This document shows, piece by piece, positions 59,846 to 64,000 of a DNA stretch of 64,000 nt. The stretch's first letter is position 1, and each line of letters opens with the position of its first letter. The translations under genes were made by a program, and so were the position numbers. Source of the DNA: Elusimicrobiota bacterium (GTDB lineage Bacteria > Elusimicrobiota > Elusimicrobia > Elusimicrobiales > UBA9959); the NCBI GenBank assembly GCA_036574205.1, contig JAINCQ010000028.1, forward strand, positions 103,554 through 167,553, given 5' to 3'. The notes beneath the pieces were generated by a model. The model saw nothing but the letters and a program-made list of their open reading frames with translations, was not told the origin of the DNA and made no database searches.

Positions 59846-61813
59846 ATGAGAAATAAAATTTTATTTTTAATTTCTGCTTTCTTTCTATTTTCATTTAATG
59901 CTTTTTCTTCGCTACTTGAGCAGGTTAGATATGATGCCTCAAAAATCTTTGACAATCCTGATGTTGATGTTTCATTAAGCATTCCAAAAATTAAGAAATA
60001 TTATACTAACGAACAGAAATATAATTTTATATTTGAAATGAGACAGATAATGTCTGCTGGATCGTGGCGTGGTTCTGTGCCTCTTACGAGACATTTTATT
60101 TTCTATAATAAAAATGAAGGCTGGAAAGCTCAGGCGCAAAACCCAGGGCTTGAAGGTTTTTATTGGACTAAAATTGAACTTGAGGGTAAATATGGAGTTG
60201 ATCCTTTTATACATCATATAAATGACTACTTCTATTATTTAGATGATCTTCTTGCGCCTATTTCATGGACTCAGGAATTAAGAGAAACTCTTAAAAATCT
60301 TCAAGCCAACGATAAAATATCGGTTTATGAAAAAAATGAAATATTAAATAAAATTCTGGAAAACTATATATCAGGCTTGCAAAAAAACATGGAAAATTAT
60401 GATGACGCTAAGTGGATTAGAAAAGCAAGGATTTATGAGATATTTCCAAGAGCATATAATTTTGAAGGTAGAAGAGAAAATCCCGGTTATAGATATTTTA
60501 AGGATAAGAAATTTTTTAGAGATTTTACTGAATCTGACTTTGATATAATTAAAAAAATGGGTTTTGATACTGTATGGCCTATGGGAATTTTGCCAATAGG
60601 CAAAAAAGGTCAGACTGGAAGTGGTGGCGGCTCTCCGTATTCTATAAGCGACCATTCAACCGTAAATCCAGATCTTGGTAGCGAAGAGGATTTTAGAAAT
60701 TTTGTGAAAAAAGCGCATTCAGCCGGACTTAAAGTAATAGTGGATTTTGTAGTTAATCATACTTCTCTTGATTCAAGGCTGTTATATGAGGATCCAGCAT
60801 ATTTTATAAGCTATAAAACATCAGGTTCAAATTGTCCAAATGATTGGTTTATTCATAATCATACAGATGGCTCAAATTATTGCATTCACCATGGCGGGTT
60901 TGAATATGGAGGTGGAATATCAGTGTGGATAGATACAGCCCAGATAGATTATTCAAATCCGAAATTGAGAAAGAGGATGATAGATATAGTAAAAGGATGG
61001 GTCGCAAAATTTGATATTGATGGCTATAGAGTTGATATGGCTTATCTTACGATAAATCAGGTTTTTTCAAGAACATGGAGAAAAACTATGCCTTCGGAAG
61101 AATTTTATAGAATGTTAATATCTGAGGTGAAAAAGACAAAACTTTCCGCAGCTTTTATCGCGGAAGCTTATGCATATCAGGAAGATCTTTCCGCATTTGG
61201 ATTTGACGCCATATACTCAAAGTATGAGACTGGTAGAATAGAGGGACAAACTGGATGGTATGACGCAACTTCTTCTGGAAATAATTATTTGATACAAAGT
61301 TCAATAAACAGAAACGCTTTTCTTGCCTGGCAAAAAGGAGGGGCTACAAGTGTTGTCTTTATAGGCAATCATGATGAGCCTTCTCCTGAAAGGGTTTATG
61401 GCAAAAAACTTCCAGCAGCGCTTGCTTTGACAATGCTTTATCCCGGAGCGGTGATGATGTATAATGGGGCTGAGATAGGATACGATGCTGCAATTGAGAC
61501 AGAACATAAACCATTGCCTTTCAGCGTTCCTGTTCAGATTGACTGGAATAATGGCGGAAATCAATGGGTAAAAAATATATACCAGACGGTTTTACCTCAG
61601 GCAAATAAAATAAGGAGTGAAATGGGAGATTATGATATAAAACCAATATGGTTAAATAATAATCTTTGCGGTTATCTTATGATTTCAAAGTCTGATCCTT
61701 CAAAAAAGAAAGCCATTATAGCCAACCTTTCAGATTATGGTGGATCTTATAACCTCTATGGTTTTAGTGGGTATCTTTCAAGTGGTGAGTATAAAATAAT
61801 TGATGTTAAATAA
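59846..61813 (+). CDS. Exported GH13 alpha-amylase-family glycosidase
   Basis: Signal peptide; DFVVNH, DGYRVDMA, FIAEAY, GNHD conserved regions I-IV. Confidence 0.92.
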   Translation: MRNKILFLISAFFLFSFNAFSSLLEQVRYDASKIFDNPDVDVSLSIPKIKKYYTNEQKYNFIFEMRQIMSAGSWRGSVPLTRHFIFYNKNEGWKAQAQNPGLEGFYWTKIELEGKYGVDPFIHHINDYFYYLDDLLAPISWTQELRETLKNLQANDKISVYEKNEILNKILENYISGLQKNMENYDDAKWIRKARIYEIFPRAYNFEGRRENPGYRYFKDKKFFRDFTESDFDIIKKMGFDTVWPMGILPIGKKGQTGSGGGSPYSISDHSTVNPDLGSEEDFRNFVKKAHSAGLKVIVDFVVNHTSLDSRLLYEDPAYFISYKTSGSNCPNDWFIHNHTDGSNYCIHHGGFEYGGGISVWIDTAQIDYSNPKLRKRMIDIVKGWVAKFDIDGYRVDMAYLTINQVFSRTWRKTMPSEEFYRMLISEVKKTKLSAAFIAEAYAYQEDLSAFGFDAIYSKYETGRIEGQTGWYDATSSGNNYLIQSSINRNAFLAWQKGGATSVVFIGNHDEPSPERVYGKKLPAALALTMLYPGAVMMYNGAEIGYDAAIETEHKPLPFSVPVQIDWNNGGNQWVKNIYQTVLPQANKIRSEMGDYDIKPIWLNNNLCGYLMISKSDPSKKKAIIANLSDYGGSYNLYGFSGYLSSGEYKIIDVK

Positions 61814-61864
61814 AATTACCGATCTGATTATTTTTTATCTGCTAAATTAGTTGTTATTTATTAT

Positions 61865-62125
61865 TTAGTTTCCCACTTTTATATTTTTCCCAACAAAAAC
61901 AATATTGGAATTAAGGATTATAGCTGTAAAATAATTTGATAGAATTGATTCAGGATGAGGTATTATTGATATTATTCCAAATGACCAGCTTATGTATCTT
62001 ATCTCAGAAGATTTAAGATATATAAAATAATCTTCTTCTTTCCAGACAATGGAATCATCCCATGGTATTTCATTTTCATTTTTTGTTTTTTTAAATTCAG
62101 GAAATTTTGTAAAATAATTTTCCAT
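61865..62125 (-). CDS. Small hypothetical protein
   Basis: 86-aa ORF just downstream of rnpB on the same strand; no motif, no clear RBS. Confidence 0.4.
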   Translation of the reverse strand: MENYFTKFPEFKKTKNENEIPWDDSIVWKEEDYFIYLKSSEIRYISWSFGIISIIPHPESILSNYFTAIILNSNIVFVGKNIKVGN

Positions 62126-62139
62126 ATTTTAAATTATTA

Positions 62140-62495
62140 TTAGCCAGACTATACCCCGGATTCTGTTTTAGGCAATCATTTCTCTAAGCGGACTACCCTG
62201 CTATTTGTTCCATTTAGGAACTTGCCCGGGAAAGGCATATAGCATGCTTGTCCTTGCTTTATGCGGGGCTTGCAACTGGCGATGTCGCCATGCGCCAGGG
62301 TGAGCTCTTACCTCGCCTTTTCACCCTTACCTCAATATCGCTTTATGAAGCGATATAGGCGGTATATTTTCTGTTGCGCTATCCATTATGAACGAATTGC
62401 TTCGTTCATATCCGTTTTTGCAAACGGCGCATTTCCCTTCAAAGTCCGGAGGTTCCTCTAAGCTTTTAAAGCTTAGCGATTGCCCGTCTGGCTAA
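62140..62495 (-). ncRNA. rnpB: RNase P RNA (bacterial type A-like)
   Basis: P1 TTAGCCAGAC/GTCTGGCTAA; 5' GAGGAACCTCCGGA and 3' ACAGAATCCGGGGTA P4 strands; GCGCAACAGAAAA, GGTAAGGGTGAAAAGGCGAGGTAAGAGCTCACC and GCAAG conserved segments. Confidence 0.96.
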
Positions 62496-62989
62496 AAAAG
62501 ATTTTCCTGAGTGAACTTGTTTTCCCTTTCTTTCTGTAGCTTTTTTTGCTCAGGCTTATTCATCTTTTTGGCTTTCAAAAGATTGTTTACAAAATTATCC
62601 GCTATTTTATTTTTTTCTCTTGGTATATGAATCAGAGTTATTGATTTAAAATTTTTAGCCTCTTTTTTTATTATATCCATAAGTTCTTTCAATTTTTTGT
62701 CTTTTACCTTGTATTCTCCGTTAAATTGTTTTACTAAAAGCTCAGAATCTGAAAGAATCTCAAGTCTTTCAGCATTGTATTTTCTGGCAACTGTAAGTGC
62801 TAAATGAAGGGATGAGTATTCGGCAAAGTTATTTGTGCATATACCAAGAACCCTTCCTTCTTCTGCTATTATTTCTCCATTGTCATTTAAAAAGATAGCA
62901 GAACATGCCCCTTCTCCTGGATTGCCTTTTGAAGCGCCATCTATATAAATTTTGATTTTTTTCACCTGTAGCTTTTTTTTATCACTCAT
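62492..62989 (-). CDS. rnhA: Ribonuclease HI family protein
   Basis: YIDGASKGNPG, TNNFAEY, SDSELLVKQ, HIPREKNKIAD. Confidence 0.93.
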   Translation of the reverse strand: MSDKKKLQVKKIKIYIDGASKGNPGEGACSAIFLNDNGEIIAEEGRVLGICTNNFAEYSSLHLALTVARKYNAERLEILSDSELLVKQFNGEYKVKDKKLKELMDIIKKEAKNFKSITLIHIPREKNKIADNFVNNLLKAKKMNKPEQKKLQKERENKFTQENLF

Positions 62990-63746
62990 GTTTTATCTCC
63001 TTGTTGTAAACAAGTCTTGAGCAATTTTCACATACTATAAAAGTTTTGCTTTTTTTAAGCGAGGATATATCGTTGAATGTAAGTTTCATATTGCAACCAG
63101 AACAAAAATACACCTCTTCTTTTTTTCTGGATGTCTCGTTTAATTCTCGTCTTGCGCTTACAACCGCCAATCTGTCTTTATGTTTTAGCAAATTTTCAAA
63201 TCTTTTTTTGAGTGATTCATCCTTTATATTGTCTTTTAATGAGTTTTGTTTAACCAATAACTCCTGTAAATAAAGAGCAATTTTGTTTTTTTGCTTGTTT
63301 AATTCATCTATTTTAATATTATTTTCTTTTTCAAGTTTTATAAGACTTTCTTTATCTTTTTTATTTCTCGCGTTTTTTTCTTCTATCACCTCTATTTTTT
63401 CCAATACTTTTGTTTCAATTTCATCCTTCTCTTTTTTTAATATTTCTATTTCAGAAAGTAGTGCTTTAAACTCTTCGTTTTTTTTAACTTGATTTAACTC
63501 AATCTGATGTTTTTTTATTGACTCTTCAATGCTTAAAAGCTTATTTTCTAATTCTTTTTTTTCAATTATTTCCTGTTTAATCTTGTCAGCATCTGATTCT
63601 ATTTCGCTCTTTTTATTTTCATATATTAACCTGATTTCAGATATCTGATTTTCAATTTCTTTTAATTTTTTTTCCTCTTCTACCATTATCTGCTCAATTT
63701 CCTGAATTTCTATTAGATCTTTGAAATACTCTGTAGTTATTTCCAT
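62982..63746 (-). CDS. Coiled-coil C4 zinc-ribbon protein (DUF164/CT398-like)
   Basis: Long coiled coil then CSGC...CENCSRL; usual neighbour of RNase HI and rnpB. Confidence 0.88.
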   Translation of the reverse strand: MEITTEYFKDLIEIQEIEQIMVEEEKKLKEIENQISEIRLIYENKKSEIESDADKIKQEIIEKKELENKLLSIEESIKKHQIELNQVKKNEEFKALLSEIEILKKEKDEIETKVLEKIEVIEEKNARNKKDKESLIKLEKENNIKIDELNKQKNKIALYLQELLVKQNSLKDNIKDESLKKRFENLLKHKDRLAVVSARRELNETSRKKEEVYFCSGCNMKLTFNDISSLKKSKTFIVCENCSRLVYNKEIKHE

Positions 63747-63809
63747 AAGTTATATTATACATAATTGATTTAATATTTATTAATATTGTAAAATTACTTA
63801 ATATAATAA

Positions 63810-64000
<191 letters not shown>

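Noticed and set aside
62261..62461. 66-aa plus-strand ORF
   Set aside because: Antisense to the RNase P RNA gene.

Overview
AT-rich bacterial chromosomal window from a diderm (lpxB, msbA present). The gene content is loosely suggestive of Elusimicrobiota, but this is not proven. Most of it is housekeeping: pgm-metK-ahcY-cheY/cheC-like-serS, gatCAB-pcrA, gpmI, recA-xerD, nadA, dusB, lpxB-msbA-rel, pyrB, suhB, rnpB-rnhA and the 5' end of tuf. Accessory parts: (i) 9.4-11.2 kb, an intergenic pile of mobile-element relics (IS30 remnant, two REP-like hairpins) and a frameshifted CsgG-like/beta-barrel gene; (ii) 35.8-38.0 kb, two cas-less mini CRISPR arrays with near-identical leaders and identical trailers flanking one AAA_14/DUF4143 ATPase-nuclease gene, whose promoter is overlapped by two palindromic operators; each array ends in an atypical repeat followed by a tRNA T-arm-like fragment and a GC hairpin; (iii) 40.3-46.9 kb, a type III restriction-modification locus with a RhuM-Fic gene, a frameshifted mod and three in-frame GC-rich palindromic insertions. 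Other oddities: a compensatory change in the conserved P4 helix of RNase P RNA, a candidate TAGGAC-N4-GTCCTA regulon before secreted-protein genes, a TldD/TldE pair with signal peptides, a C-terminally short Rel, and five single-base frameshifts confined to accessory genes. All calls come from reading the sequence and motif recognition; no database searches were run.
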